From the NCBI RefSeq assembly GCF_004010195.1, contig NC_057752.1, positions 16,053,050 through 16,099,791 on the forward strand: a stretch of 46,742 nt of DNA, written 5' to 3'. Source of the stretch: Chiloscyllium plagiosum. Lineage: Eukaryota. The notes beneath the pieces were generated by a model. It had not been told where the DNA came from. It was given only the letters and a program-made list of their open reading frames with translations, and made no database searches. A program made the position numbers and the translations under genes. Positions 35,411 through 46,742 of the stretch are shown here, piece by piece. Within the stretch, counting starts at the first letter, position 1; each line of letters starts with the position of its first letter.

Positions 35411-36476
35411 TCGCCCAAGTGTGGAATGGAAGATTGTATTGAAAAACCCAACACCACGGCTAATCATCACAGACTGACACTGAATCCAACAACAGACTTT
35501 TAGATTACACACTCAAGGCCATGATGCCATGAAAGCGTACCAGCCCCCACTGATTGGTGTGTGCCATCAAAACTCAAACATTCAGGAAAAATAAGTACAC
35601 TCAACTGAGATCCTGCTAAAATGCCAAACCTCAATTCAAAGGATCATGCAAGGAAATCTAATGTCAGAACAACCATGATACATGTAAACAATTTTGGATT
35701 AATTTGCTGTAAACTGGGCTTGGCCAGATGGCAAATTACACCTCTATCACTGAAGGTACAAGAATCTGCAATTAACTTAACAATATTTTTGTATTAACAC
35801 GCATTTATTGCATTCACACAAAAGGTGGGAGGGGGACTTCTGGGATTATTGATGTTTCCAGCAGCTTCAGGTTTTAGAATATTGCAATTAACGTGAGCAA
35901 AGTTTCCTCACTTTCACAGAACAATGCATAATGTAGTCCAAGAGGCAGCATATTTACATAGCTACAAGTCCTCAGTTTACTGAATAATGCCAAGTGGAAA
36001 TGCAACTCCAAATGGGATCTCAAGCTGAAATGTTGGGGTCACGAGTTCCAAGGCAGCAATGTTAACATCTGCCCTCCCATTCTAAAAGACAGGACTTCCA
36101 CCTTGTCCTGCTCTCTCAGGTCTCACTGAGGGATTGTGACAATTTTCAAGCTTCAAAACATAGTTACAGTGAGAAAGAAATTTGGGAATCACCAATATTA
36201 CAGCCGCAAATTGCATAAAGCAGAAACAAATTGTTTTTATTTAGCACTTTGGATATAGGAAAACATTCCAATGTGTGTTATAAATTCAATGTACACATTA
36301 GGCTGTCAGGCCTTGAGCTGCATCAATGGGAATCCCTATGCATTCTGTTTATCATACAATATTTATGGTACAGCTTCCCTGACCTGTACAAAATGAAATC
36401 TGAGAGCATGTTAGCAGAGGGTTAGGGTGAGAGTTTGGAGGATTAGGATTAGGAATTAGGGTGTAGGGTTAGCTTA

Positions 36477-36755
36477 GACCATAAGGTCGTAAGACCATAA
36501 GACCATAAGACACAGGAGCAGAAATTAGGCCATCGAGTCTGCTCCACCATTCAATGGTTGCTAAATTTCTCAATCCCATTCCCCCACTTCCACCCCGTAA
36601 CCCTTGATAGTCAAGAACTTCTCTATCTCAGTCTTAAATATACTCAATGACCTGGCCTCCACAGTCTTCTGTGCAATGAATTCCATAGATTCATCACTCT
36701 CTGATTGAAGAAGTTTCTCCTTATCTCCATTGTAAAAGGACTTCCCTTTACTCTA
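36477..36755 (-). mobile_element. CR1 3' end with (agaccata)n tail
   Basis: RVKGSPFTMEIRRNFFNQRVMNLWNSL; octamer tail at 36477-36510. Confidence 0.85.
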
Positions 36756-37006
36756 AATTTATTTGGGACACAGGCAACATTGGTTCTGTGTTCTAACAAG
36801 ATATATAACGGTCCTTTCCAGTTGATTGGCAACACATAATTTATGCACCCAATGGATTTTTCTGGAGGTTCATAAAGCAAATCACCACGTCAAGTTATCT
36901 TACATTGCAATGCTGAAATAATGTGTGAGAATTGCTATAATGTTCCTCATTGCAGTTCTAAAAAACATTTAATCACCAAAGGCATGGGGTATTTGGGTTT
37001 CCTAAC

Positions 37007-37062
37007 CTGTCAAGCCTTATTTTCTTCCGTGCACTTGCTTCGCGGTATCTTCTTTCTCCATC
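37007..37062 (-). CDS. ACOT11: Acyl-CoA thioesterase 11 internal exon (end of second hot-dog domain)
   Basis: Minus strand: tttccttcaatag|GAT GGA...GAC AG|gttagg, 56 bp. Encodes DGERRYREASARKKIRLD(R) and splices in frame to exon 34789-34855. Confidence 0.92.
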
Positions 37063-38294
37063 CTATTGAAGGAAACATAGTTGGTGTTATAAAACCAATC
37101 ACCTCCCAGGTGAATGCCCTTATATTGATTTTAGCCTTTTGCACATCTTGTGCCTCACCATGGCCCCTCACCCCAGATGGTTGTCATGCCTTTAGTTACA
37201 TAGATCTGGAATTCTGACTCAAAATATCTCCAACTCTTCTTTTCCCTTTCCTTCATTAAACTGGTCCTTAGAAGCCAATGCTTTGCCAGGATTTTCATCA
37301 CCTTTCACAACATCTCCTTTGGCTTAGCATCTAATTTTTGATTCTGCCCAGAGAGACATTCTTCTACATGTGCTGGAGATTGTGACATTTATAGATATTT
37401 TAAAGTGATTTATTTTTAAGCTTGGATGTATGAGTTTTGAATTAGCGACGTGTAGCTTTTTGTGTGTCTGTGAGATTTAATGTCTAACCTGCAAATATTT
37501 CTGCAGCCATGGATGATACTTTTGAAACAGTTTGAGGGAGTTAGCTTTCACAACTACTGAGTTTTGTGCACATCAGGAGGGCTTATGACTGAACAAAGTA
37601 AACAATTATGCATCAAAGGTTTCTGTGAGAAAATTCTGGAATCTCTTTTTAAAAAAGATTGAAGGAGACATCCATAACTTGAAAATAAAAGTTCTTTTTA
37701 GTTTCAGTTTTGAGAGGAGTTCTGCAGGAGTCCTTAGATGAAGATGGATGTATATAATAGAGCTCCCAAGAAAGGGAGAAGACAGTAAAAATAGATTATC
37801 TTGGAGAAAGGGATTTAATTATAGTACCAGACCAGAAGTGTTTGGATAAAATTCTCAAGAACTTGTTTGAAGCTGAGACGATTTAAACTCTGATGTGTGA
37901 CATCTCCAGGAAAAGGTTATCTGATTTTCCAGACTGAGAGTTGAAGTCAGAATTTATATATTTAGATAAGGCAAGAAGAGATTGTCATTTTCTGCTGTAC
38001 TGTGTAAGGGTGACTTTAGGTACTGTCAGGGAGTTTTTCTTTTACAGTTAATGAGAATAAATATTACCTTGCGTTTAAAAATATTTTAAGTTTGTGTTAT
38101 AAGTAACTGGACTAGTTTATTCTATGTTATCTTAATTTATTTAGTTTCATTATCTTCTGTTTATTGTTGACTTTAAATCAGCAATATTACATTTGTATGC
38201 TTCAGTGAGAAAATACCTTTTAAAAACAACAAAATACAATGCTATCCTTACAAATATTGTATGGAGTCAGTTAGCAGGGTGATTGGTATGCAAT

Positions 38295-38464
38295 TGTGGT
38301 GAAACGGTTAAAAATTATGTCCCAATACATGTGTGAATCTAACCGGAATGGAGGTGTTGCTTAGTCCCGTGTGAATCTTATTACACACCTCCCCGTGTGA
38401 ATCTTCTTATCTGTATGTAACCAGAATGGAATGTGTTTTTTAGCCTTGCTCTGCTGATTCACGT
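38295..38464 (+). mobile_element. Partial LTR (U3 start plus one 131-bp unit), an inverted copy of about 34520-34681
   Basis: Starts tgtggtgaaa; by eye about 5 differences over about 160 nt from the reverse complement of the solo LTR end. Confidence 0.85.
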
Positions 38465-38539
38465 GGTAAGTATTTTATATTCTAATTTACCTTCCCGGCT
38501 ACTGCCGGCATGTGATTTCTTGACTCCCACTGCTGTTTC

Positions 38540-39298
38540 CATGCATCTTCAGCCCTTGTCTTTCCAGGCAGTGCTATCAAACGTCCCTTGGTGTTTTACT
38601 GCAGTGCATCTTGTAGATGATACACACTGCTGCCACAGTGCATCAGTGGTGAATGAATGTTGAAACTGGTGGATGCGGTATCAAATAGGTTGCTTTGTCC
38701 TTGATAGTGTCAAGTTTCTTGAAGTTTAACTCATCCAGGCAAGTGCAAAATATTGTATCACACTTTTGATGTATCTTAACAAGGTAGACATGGCATTAGT
38801 GAGACAGAGGGAGTGTTACTTACCGTGTAATTCCCAGATTCTCACCCGCTTTTGTACCAAAATATATATGTGGCTTGTCCCGTTCAGTTTCTAGTTAATG
38901 GTAAACTCAAGATATTGATAATAGGGGATTTGGTGAGAGTAATGCCATTGAATGTCAAGCAGCAAGAATTACTTTCTTGTGAGAGATGGTTATTGCCTGG
39001 CAATTGTTTGGTTGTAATGTTACTTGACAATCCAAGCCTGGATATTCTCCAGATCTTGCTGCGTTTGGACCTGGACTGCCTCTGTGCCTGAGGAGTCACA
39101 AATGGTGCTGAACAATGTGCAATCAACTGTAAACATCTCCATTTTTGATCTTATGATGAAAGGGAGGTAATTGAAGAAGCACCTAAAGACACTACCTTAA
39201 GGAACTCCTGAAGACATGTCCCAGAGCTGAGATCACAAACTTCAAACAACAACAATCATGTTCTTTTGTGCTAGGTATGACTACAACCAGAGAAGAGT
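38540..39298 (-). mobile_element. Degenerate LINE ORF2 fragment (CR1/L2 group, different family)
   Basis: The minus strand gives AWMS..KKLDTIKDKA, HH*CTVAAVCIIYKMHC and INILSLPLTRN-type remnants. Confidence 0.65.
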
Positions 39299-39299
39299 T

Positions 39300-39968
39300 T
39301 CCTTGTGTCCCTCTCCCTCCTGATGCTGCCTGGCTTGCTGTGTTCCCCAAGCCTCCTGATGCTACCTGCCTTGCTGTGTCCCTCTCCTTCGTGATACTGC
39401 CTGCCTTGCTGTGTCCCTCTCCCTCCTGATGCAGCCTGCCTTGCTGTGTCCCTCTCCTTCGTGATGCTGCCTGCCCTGATGTGTCCCTCTGCCTCCTGAT
39501 GCTGCCTGCCTTGCTGTGTTCCCCAAGCCTCCTGATGCTGCCTGTCTTGCTGTGTCCCTCTCCTTCGTGATACTGTCTGCCTTGCTGTGTCCCTCTCCTT
39601 CGTGATGCTGCCTGCCCTGATGTGTCCCTCTCCCTCCTGATGCTGCCTGCCTTGCTGTGTTCCCCAAGCCTCCTGATGCTGCCTGCCTGTCTTGCTGTGT
39701 CCCTCTCCTTCGTGGTACTGTCTGCCTTGCTGTGTCCCTCTCCTTCGTGATGCTGCCTACCCTGATGTGTCCCTCTCCCTCCTGATGCTGCCTGCCTTGC
39801 TGTGTTCCCCAAGCCTCCTGATGCTGCCTGCCTTGCTGTGTCCCTCTCCTTCGTGATGCTGCCTGCCTTGCTGTGTTCCCTCTCCCTCCTGATGCTGCCT
39901 GCCCTGATGTGTCCCTCTCCCTCCTGATGCTGCCTGCCTTGCTGTGTTCTTCCAGCATCTGCAGTTTT
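39300..39968 (+). repeat. 35-bp minisatellite, same family as 33219-33941, ending in a PLE-like tail
   Basis: About 18-19 units; the last runs into gctgtgttcttccagcatctgcagtttt. Confidence 0.95.
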
Positions 39969-40689
39969 TTTTGTCTCTAACCTCCTTGGTTGGTCAAGCT
40001 ACATAAAGTGAAATGGGCTTGGTTGGGAAAAATAGAGGGTAGCAAGAGAAAAGAGATAGATACCTTTGATATGAAGGATCTATTTCTTTGAACAGAGTTT
40101 ATTTTTTATTCGATCCGGGCTGCTGAATAAATGATGTGCCAGTATATTGTAATCATTCCTGCTGATGCTATTACTGGGCAAATAAGATCCCAAATTGAAA
40201 TCTGTTTCTTCAATCTTATTTTGGTTTGGTTTAAATGGGATCTCTCACTGAAACATAACCACACAATGTTGCAGATTTGGTTTTAACAATAAAAAATAAC
40301 TTTATTCAGCAAAATAAATGATGATAAAATAGAGTAAGCCAATTGGTTTCAATACAACGCTCTTCAGATTTTGAAATGTGATAAAATAATTAATCCTAAA
40401 AACATTCCATTACAGATTCCAAAAACATCACTGGGCATTAAATATTTCCAAACACACACAAAATCCATATGCCTTTGGTTTAAAATTCAAACCTCTAACC
40501 CTGTATAACTAAGTGTCTGTCTGTTTGTACCTCTCTATGACCAGTTGTTCTGATGGATGTGTCCATCCATGTGTGTATCTCTCTGATCTTGGGAAGGAGT
40601 CACAAATACACATCTCTAATTCCTGAAATAAAAATCACCAATTCACCTAATGAGTATTGTTGAACATGTAGCTAAATTCCCCTGATATA

Positions 40690-40866
40690 AAGTGAAGGTG
40701 CTAGTGTTGGACCGGAGTTGACCAGATCAGATGTCACATGACTCCAGGTTATTTGTCAGATTTATTTGAAATCACATTATTTGTGATTTGAGGTGACCTC
40801 ACCTAATGAAGGAGCAGCACGCTGAAACTTTGTGATTGCAAATAAACCTGGTATGGTGTAACTTCA
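40690..40866. mobile_element. Old palindromic PLE mini-element with decayed hammerhead
   Basis: ccaggttat..tttatttgaaatcaca and its inverse tgtgattgcaaataaacctgg flank CTAATGA AGGAGC..GAAA. Confidence 0.6.
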
Positions 40867-42299
40867 AACCCTGTCTCTTTATATAAGATAACATAATTGG
40901 GTTGTGGTAATTCAAATTCCAGCCTAGATGCCCATAGATTTGCAGCAGCACTAAAAATATAAATGTTTTATTCAATGAACAAAGTTGTTAGTTTGTTTCA
41001 CCTTTTTCCTGTTATAAGTGCAAGAGACTTTACTTCAGTTTCTTCACTGAAATGAGCAGAATTTATCATCAACAAATTTATTCTTTCAACAAGTTGGAAT
41101 TAAACTATATCCCCTTAATCCCAACACAGGCAAGCCAATACTGCAGAAATGGCACAGGTTGGAGGGGGGGAAAGGCACTTGAGTTCAAAGGATAAATAAA
41201 AGGGAAAACTGCTCATGATCAAGTAGATTTCCTGTTGTCAATATTACAATGCTGATCATGGTAGAATTAATTAGATCTTCAAATTTAACCAGTTTCAGTG
41301 AGAGTCTGTTAGAGTTGAGTCTTAGAATGGAGTTAACCGTTCAGCTCTCTACTTAAGAGGCAAAAAAAGACATTAATTTCTAGAACTTCCTCAGGTTCCC
41401 AGAAGATGCTTTACTGGGAGACAGGTCTCTATCCCTTGTCCTAAAAAGATTGTTCTTTTCTGGGTGAGCAAGACTGCCGGCTTCTTGGAAGTTTTTATTT
41501 CAACTTACAAACGTAAGTGTGCACAGAAACAGCACCTTTAGTTCAGAGGCTGTTACTAGGCAATCTTCAGTATAGGGCCTCTTCAATCAGTTTGGTAAAT
41601 ATCATCATAAAATCCATATTTCATCCATCTGTTAAATGGTTTACCTTGCATTCTTTCCGCAAGGTTAGTTATCCCTTTGCAACAATAGATGAACTACAGC
41701 CCTCTACAACTTACGAATGTTCAGTCATTCCTGCTGAACACACCTCCCAGAAATCATATGGGTGAAACTCTTTTCCAATGTAAAATGCCCAGTACGTTTC
41801 ATTATCCAATTTCGTCATAGGCCGTGAACGTAAACATGTATTCCCAAAAAAGGACAGCAAAATCCCAGTGTTCACTGATTTGTTTATATTGATTTTTGCT
41901 GCCATACTGCAGACGTTAGGAGTCTTTGTGATTAGGACTGAAACTACAGTTTCCCCTTTTTAACATAGTACCTGTTCAGTTATTGAACAACCTGGACAGT
42001 TGAACGTATTTTGTGGATAGTACAAACTTTTCAACGTGTAATTTTTAGTTGTATTTTCAATTCAATTGTAAACCCCCAACGTAAATTTTGGAATAAACAT
42101 TGGACTTTTACTGCTGTTGTTGGTTTGTTTAGGGGTAACTTTTGACATCCAAGCTTGATGGAAAGTCTGCAGATCCATTCCACGAATGCAAACATCAGGC
42201 TGCATGGTTTTGTTCTTGGCAATAAGTTAGACGTTTGTCAGTTCACTTCCTACTTCACAGTCGACAGTACAAAACTAATAGTACCATGACGGAGGCAAT

Positions 42300-44447
42300 G
42301 AGGGAGCACTGATAGAAGGGCAGGACCGAGGGAGCACTGATGGAAGGGCAGTAATGAGGAAGCACTGATGGATGGGCAGTAACGAGGGAGCACTGACGAT
42401 AGGGCAGTAACGAGGGAGCACTGATGGAAGGGCAGTAACAAGGGAGCACTGACGGAAGGACAGTAGTGAGGGAGCACTGACAATAGGGCAGTAACGAGGG
42501 AGCACTGATGGATGGGCAGTAACGAGGGAGCACTGACGATAGGGCAGTAACGAGGGAGCACTGATGGAAGGGCAGTAACGAGGGAGCATTGATGGAAGGA
42601 CAGTATCGCGGGAGCATTGATGGAAGGGCAGTATCGAGGGAGCATTGATGAAAGGGCAGTATCGAGGAAGCACTGATGGAAGGACAGTATCGCGGGAGCA
42701 TTGATGGAAGGGCAGAGGACAGTATCGCGGGAGCATTGATGGAAGGGCAGTATCGAGGGAGCATTGATGAAAGGGCAGTAGCGAGGGGGCAGTGAAGGGA
42801 GGACAGTATCGAGGGAGCACGATGGAAGGGAGTAACGAGGGAGCATTGATGGAAGGGCAGTATCAAGGGAGCACTGATGGAAGGGCAGTATCGAGGAACA
42901 TTGATGGAAGGGCAGTATCAAGGGAGCATTGATGGAAGGGCAGTAACGAGGGAGCATTGATGGAAGGGCAGTAAGGAGGGAGCACTGATGGAAGGGCAGT
43001 ATCGAGGGATCTCTGATGGAAGGGCTGTAGTGAGGGAGCATTGATGGAAGGGCAGTAGTGAGTGAGCACAAATGGATGGGCAGTAGCGAAGGAGCACTGA
43101 AGGAAGGGCAGTAGTGAGGGAGCATTGATGGAAGGCCAGTATCGAGGAAGAACTGATGGAAGGGCAGTATCGAGGGAGCATTGTGGAAGGGGAAGACCAA
43201 GGGAGCACTGATGGAAGGGCAGTAATGAGAGAACATTGATGGAAGGGCAGTATCGAGGGAGCATTGTGGAAGGGGAAGACCAAGGGAGCACTGATGGAAG
43301 GGCAGTAATGAGGGAGCACTGATGGAAGGGCAGTATCGAGGGTATACTGATGGAAGGGCAGTATCGAGGGTATACTGATGGATGGGCAGGAGGGAGGGAG
43401 CATTGATGGAAAGGCAAGGTCAAGGGAGCACTGATGGAAGGGCAGTTTCGAGGGAGCATTGATGGAAGGGCAGTATCGAGGGAGCACTGATGGAAGGGCA
43501 ATATCGAGGGAGCACTGATGGAAGGGCAGTATCGAGGGAGCATTAATGCAGGGGCAGTAGTGAGGGACCATTGATGGAAGGGCAGTAGCGAGGGATCACT
43601 GATGGAAGAGCAGTATCGAGGGAGCACTGATGGAAGGGCAGTATTGATGGAAGGGCAGTAGAGAGGGAGCCCTGATGGAAGGTAAGTAACGAGGGAGCAC
43701 TGATGCAAGGACAGTATCGAGGGAGTACTGATGGAAGGGCAGTAGGGAGGGAGCATTGATGGAAGGGCAAGGTCAAGAGAGCACTGATGGAAGGGCAGTT
43801 TCGAGGGATCCCTGATGGAAGGGCAGTAACGAGGGAGCTCTGTTGGAAGGGCAACGAGTGAGCACTGATGGAAGGGAGTAACGAGGAAGCATTGATGGAA
43901 GGGCAGTACCAAGGGATCACTGATGGAAGGGCAGGACCGAGGGAGCACTGATCGATGGGCAGTAACGAGGGAGCATTGATAGAAGGGCAGTACCGAGGGG
44001 AGCATTGATGGAAGGGCGGTATCGAGGGAGCACTGATGTAAGGGCAGTATTGAGGGAGCACTGATGGAAGGGCAGTACCGAGGGAGTATTGATGGAAGGG
44101 CAGTATTGAGGGAGCACTGATGGAAGGGCAGTAGTGAGGGAGCATTGATGGAAGGGCAGTATCGAGGGAGCATTAATGCAGGGGCAGTAGTGAGGGACCA
44201 TTGATGGAAGGGCAGTATTGAGGGAGCATTGATGGAAGGGCAGTAACGAGGGAGCACTGATGGAAGGGCAATAATGAGGGAGCACTGAAGAATGGACAGT
44301 ATCGAGGGAGCATTGATGGAAGGGCTGTATCGAGGGAATATTGATGGAAGGGCAGAATCGAGGGAGTACTGATGGAAGGGCAGTATCGAGGGAATATTGA
44401 TGGAAGGGCAGTATCGAGGGAGCTCTGATGGAAGGGCAGTATCGAGG
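42300..44447 (+). repeat. 28-bp minisatellite (gagggagcactgatggaagggcagtatc), roughly 75 units
   Basis: Directly visible; it generates the long low-complexity minus-strand ORFs. Confidence 0.97.
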
Positions 44448-46059
44448 TGGGCCTGGGGAGGGGAGTGGAATGGTGAGGGTTGTGGAGAGGGGAGGGGATT
44501 GGGTAAGAGAGGGATAGGGTAGGAGAGGGAAGTAGGTCGGGGAAGGGGTAGGCGAGTCGAGGGGAGGGGTACGGAAGGGAGTGTATCGGTTCCTGTCACA
44601 TTGTCACTTACAGAAAGACTATCTTAGCGGGTGGAGATAATTGCTGAATCACATGTTCAGAATCACGTGTTTATAAATGAACCCAGTGGTGAGTGAATGA
44701 ACAGAGCACCTGTATTGCCTGGTGTGTGTGTTATTGCTGCAGTTTGCTCTCATACCCCACTGTCTAACTTCGGTTACTCAATGCTGTCTGACCAGAGTCC
44801 CTTCGCTGCACATCACTCTGGGCTCTGGATCACAAAGGCTGCTTGCTCTATTGTATTGCCCATTGTGTATGTCTGTCCCACCAGTAGATCCTGATGTTTC
44901 TGACATTATGCCTAACCAGCATAGAGAAGCAGCTGCTCCAGTATTGCCCACGCATTATGGAAAGTTTCACATTGCCAACCCATTCTATTCCACACAACTT
45001 AATTTTTATTGATAATCTTCAATTGTTAGTTCAAAGTCTGGCCGTCCCTAACTGCACCCCCATCGAGATGTTCCAGTGCAATTACAGGCACTGAGCTAAG
45101 AGTGTGAAAGATTGCTTGATATCTTTTGCGAGAATTATTAATTTTGATTCATTTGTGGCCTAGATCTCTGAGCGAAGTGATGGCAGATGCTTATGACAGT
45201 TCCATGATGCAGCACTTGCTCAGTAATAGCCTGGTCACTATAGGACTATTGGTCACTGTGCTGCAGTCAGTTTTTGATGCTGTCAACTAGTGAAGTTCCT
45301 CAGAGGACCACAACAAACATGCTCGCTCTACAGGACAAAAGGACAAAGAATGGGAAAACTTGCAACGAAAGTTATGGGTCAAAGAATAAAATGGACAGAG
45401 ACAACATGGTTACAAAATTAGCTGAGTGATAGGAAACATGGTCAGAAATCTCTGAAGAAATTCAGCAGGTCGGGCAGCATCTGAAGTAAAAATAGAGTTT
45501 AATCTGGTGAGTCAAAAAGCATGGGATGGGAGGGGCAGCGGCTGGGTGTGTGTGGCTGAGAGTGAGAGAGAAAAGGTGTGTGTCTCTGTGCAGGTTTCCT
45601 CTTCAAAGGTGCTCTCATCTCCGGCATCCATAGTTCTTTATTTTAGTACAGGGAAAATGGTAATAGTTAAATGGGTTCAGATTTCTCCAGGTGATCAATA
45701 TTGGGATCTTCATTTTTCCTGAAATATGAAAATTGATGATCAGTCTGTAGGAGACAGTTCTGAAGTTTGAAGACAACAGAAATCTTGGAACAATTGTAAA
45801 CTGCGAAGACAGTGTAGAGCTCCAAAAATTGGTGAAGTGGGTGAATAGAATGCAAAGTGACACATTTTGATAGAAAGAACATGGCTAACATCTAGAAGTG
45901 TATTTCTGTAAAAAGGAGCAGAGAGACCTGACTGAACACACTGGAGAGTGCAGAGACTTCCAACAAGGTTATAGCATGGAAACACTGCCATTGGAGGATG
46001 GATGGTAAAAAGCAGAACAGATTTCCTCAGTTTTAATTGCTATGGTTTATCATGTCATG

Positions 46060-46340
46060 ATGAGGTAAATAGCAAGCCTTTTCCCTAAGGTAGGGGAAAA
46101 GGAGAAAGATTTAAAAAGGGACCAGAGAGGCAACACACAGGGTGGTTTGAACCGATAGAGAAAGTGGTGGATGCAGGTACAGTTGAAACATTTAAAAGAC
46201 ATTTGGACAGGTATGTAAATAGGAAAAGTTCAGATGGGGATGGGCTAAACATAGGCAAATGGACTTAGTTTCATTTGGGAAACTTAGTTGGTATGGAGGA
46301 GTTGGAATGCAGGGTCTGTTTCCATGTTTTATGACTCTGA
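46060..46340 (+). mobile_element. CR1 3' end
   Basis: gtggtggatgcaggtacagttgaaacatttaaaagacatttggacaggta...tatgactct. Confidence 0.75.
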
Positions 46341-46484
46341 GAAGGCAGCCAAAGGGTTTTCAAAATCCTGAGGAGGTCTCAGCAGAGCAGACAGGGAGAA
46401 ACTATTTCAGCTCAAAAAAAAAACCAAGAACAAAATGTCAGAGGTTTAATGTAATTTGCAAACAAAAAAGTAAATGCAGTGTGT

Positions 46485-46742
46485 GAACACACAAAGATTA
46501 ATAGAACAAAGAAAATTTACAGCCCAAGTCTGAGCCTATCCAAATCCACTGTTTAAAACTGTCAGTCCATTCCTAAGCATCTGTATCCCTCTGCTCCCCA
46601 CCTACTCATGCATCTGGACAGATGCATCTTAGTGAATCTACCGTGCCTGCCTCTACCAGCAACATGTTCCAAATGCCCATCACCCTCAGTGAGTACTTGC
46701 TGTGTGTATCCCTCTTAAACTTTCCACCTCTCACCTTGAAAG
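46485..46742 (-). mobile_element. CR1 3' end, running off the window edge
   Basis: agaacaaagaaaatttacagccc tail; gtgcctgcctctacca and aaactttccacctctcaccttgaa. Confidence 0.65.

Noticed and set aside
36418..36476. TTAGGG-like tract as interstitial telomeric repeat
   Set aside because: Only two exact hexamers in a short degenerate low-complexity stretch next to a CR1 tail.
33219..39968. 35-bp repeats as a CRISPR array, and their 200-aa ORFs
   Set aside because: The units are contiguous with no unique spacers, there are no cas genes, and the context is eukaryotic; the ORFs are repeat artefacts.
41711..41905. Minus-strand 64-aa ORF ending at a gtaag donor-like site as a further ACOT11 exon
   Set aside because: No similarity to the expected upstream exon (..HINSAFMTF..PW.RP) in the frames I read.
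42300..44447. Satellite unit contains CTGATGGAAGGGC, resembling the hammerhead CTGATGAAGGGC
   Set aside because: There is no complementary GCCC, no GAAA and no cleavage triplet, so the core cannot form.
42250..44599. Long minus-strand ORFs (up to 578 aa) rich in LPRYCPS and LPFHQCS
   Set aside because: They are translations of the 28-bp satellite, which has few stops on that strand; the same peptides recur in all three frames.

Overview
Repeat-rich vertebrate genomic DNA, most likely from a shark or other cartilaginous fish (HE1/V-SINE, shark-type CR1 LINEs with octamer tails, DeuSINE-like and Penelope-like elements). Two host genes converge. On the + strand are the last two coding exons of an RNF13/RNF167-family PA-TM-RING E3 ligase (7179-7259 and 24020-24411, 16.8-kb intron). 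On the - strand are two small internal exons of ACOT11 (37007-37062 and 34789-34855), which the ORF track misses. I could not find the downstream START-domain exons of ACOT11 in the 34 kb to their left. Most of the remainder is nested retroelements. The most notable structures are: (i) short, often palindromic Penelope-derived insertions with 8-16 bp target-site duplications that carry minimal hammerhead-ribozyme cores; (ii) a 35-bp minisatellite apparently born from that Penelope tail; (iii) a young solo LTR plus an inverted partial copy that bracket the two ACOT11 exons; (iv) a 2.1-kb 28-bp minisatellite. There are two N gaps (30353-31138, 32238-33218). Repeat family names come from recognising motifs by eye, not from database searches, and repeat boundaries are approximate unless a TSD is quoted.
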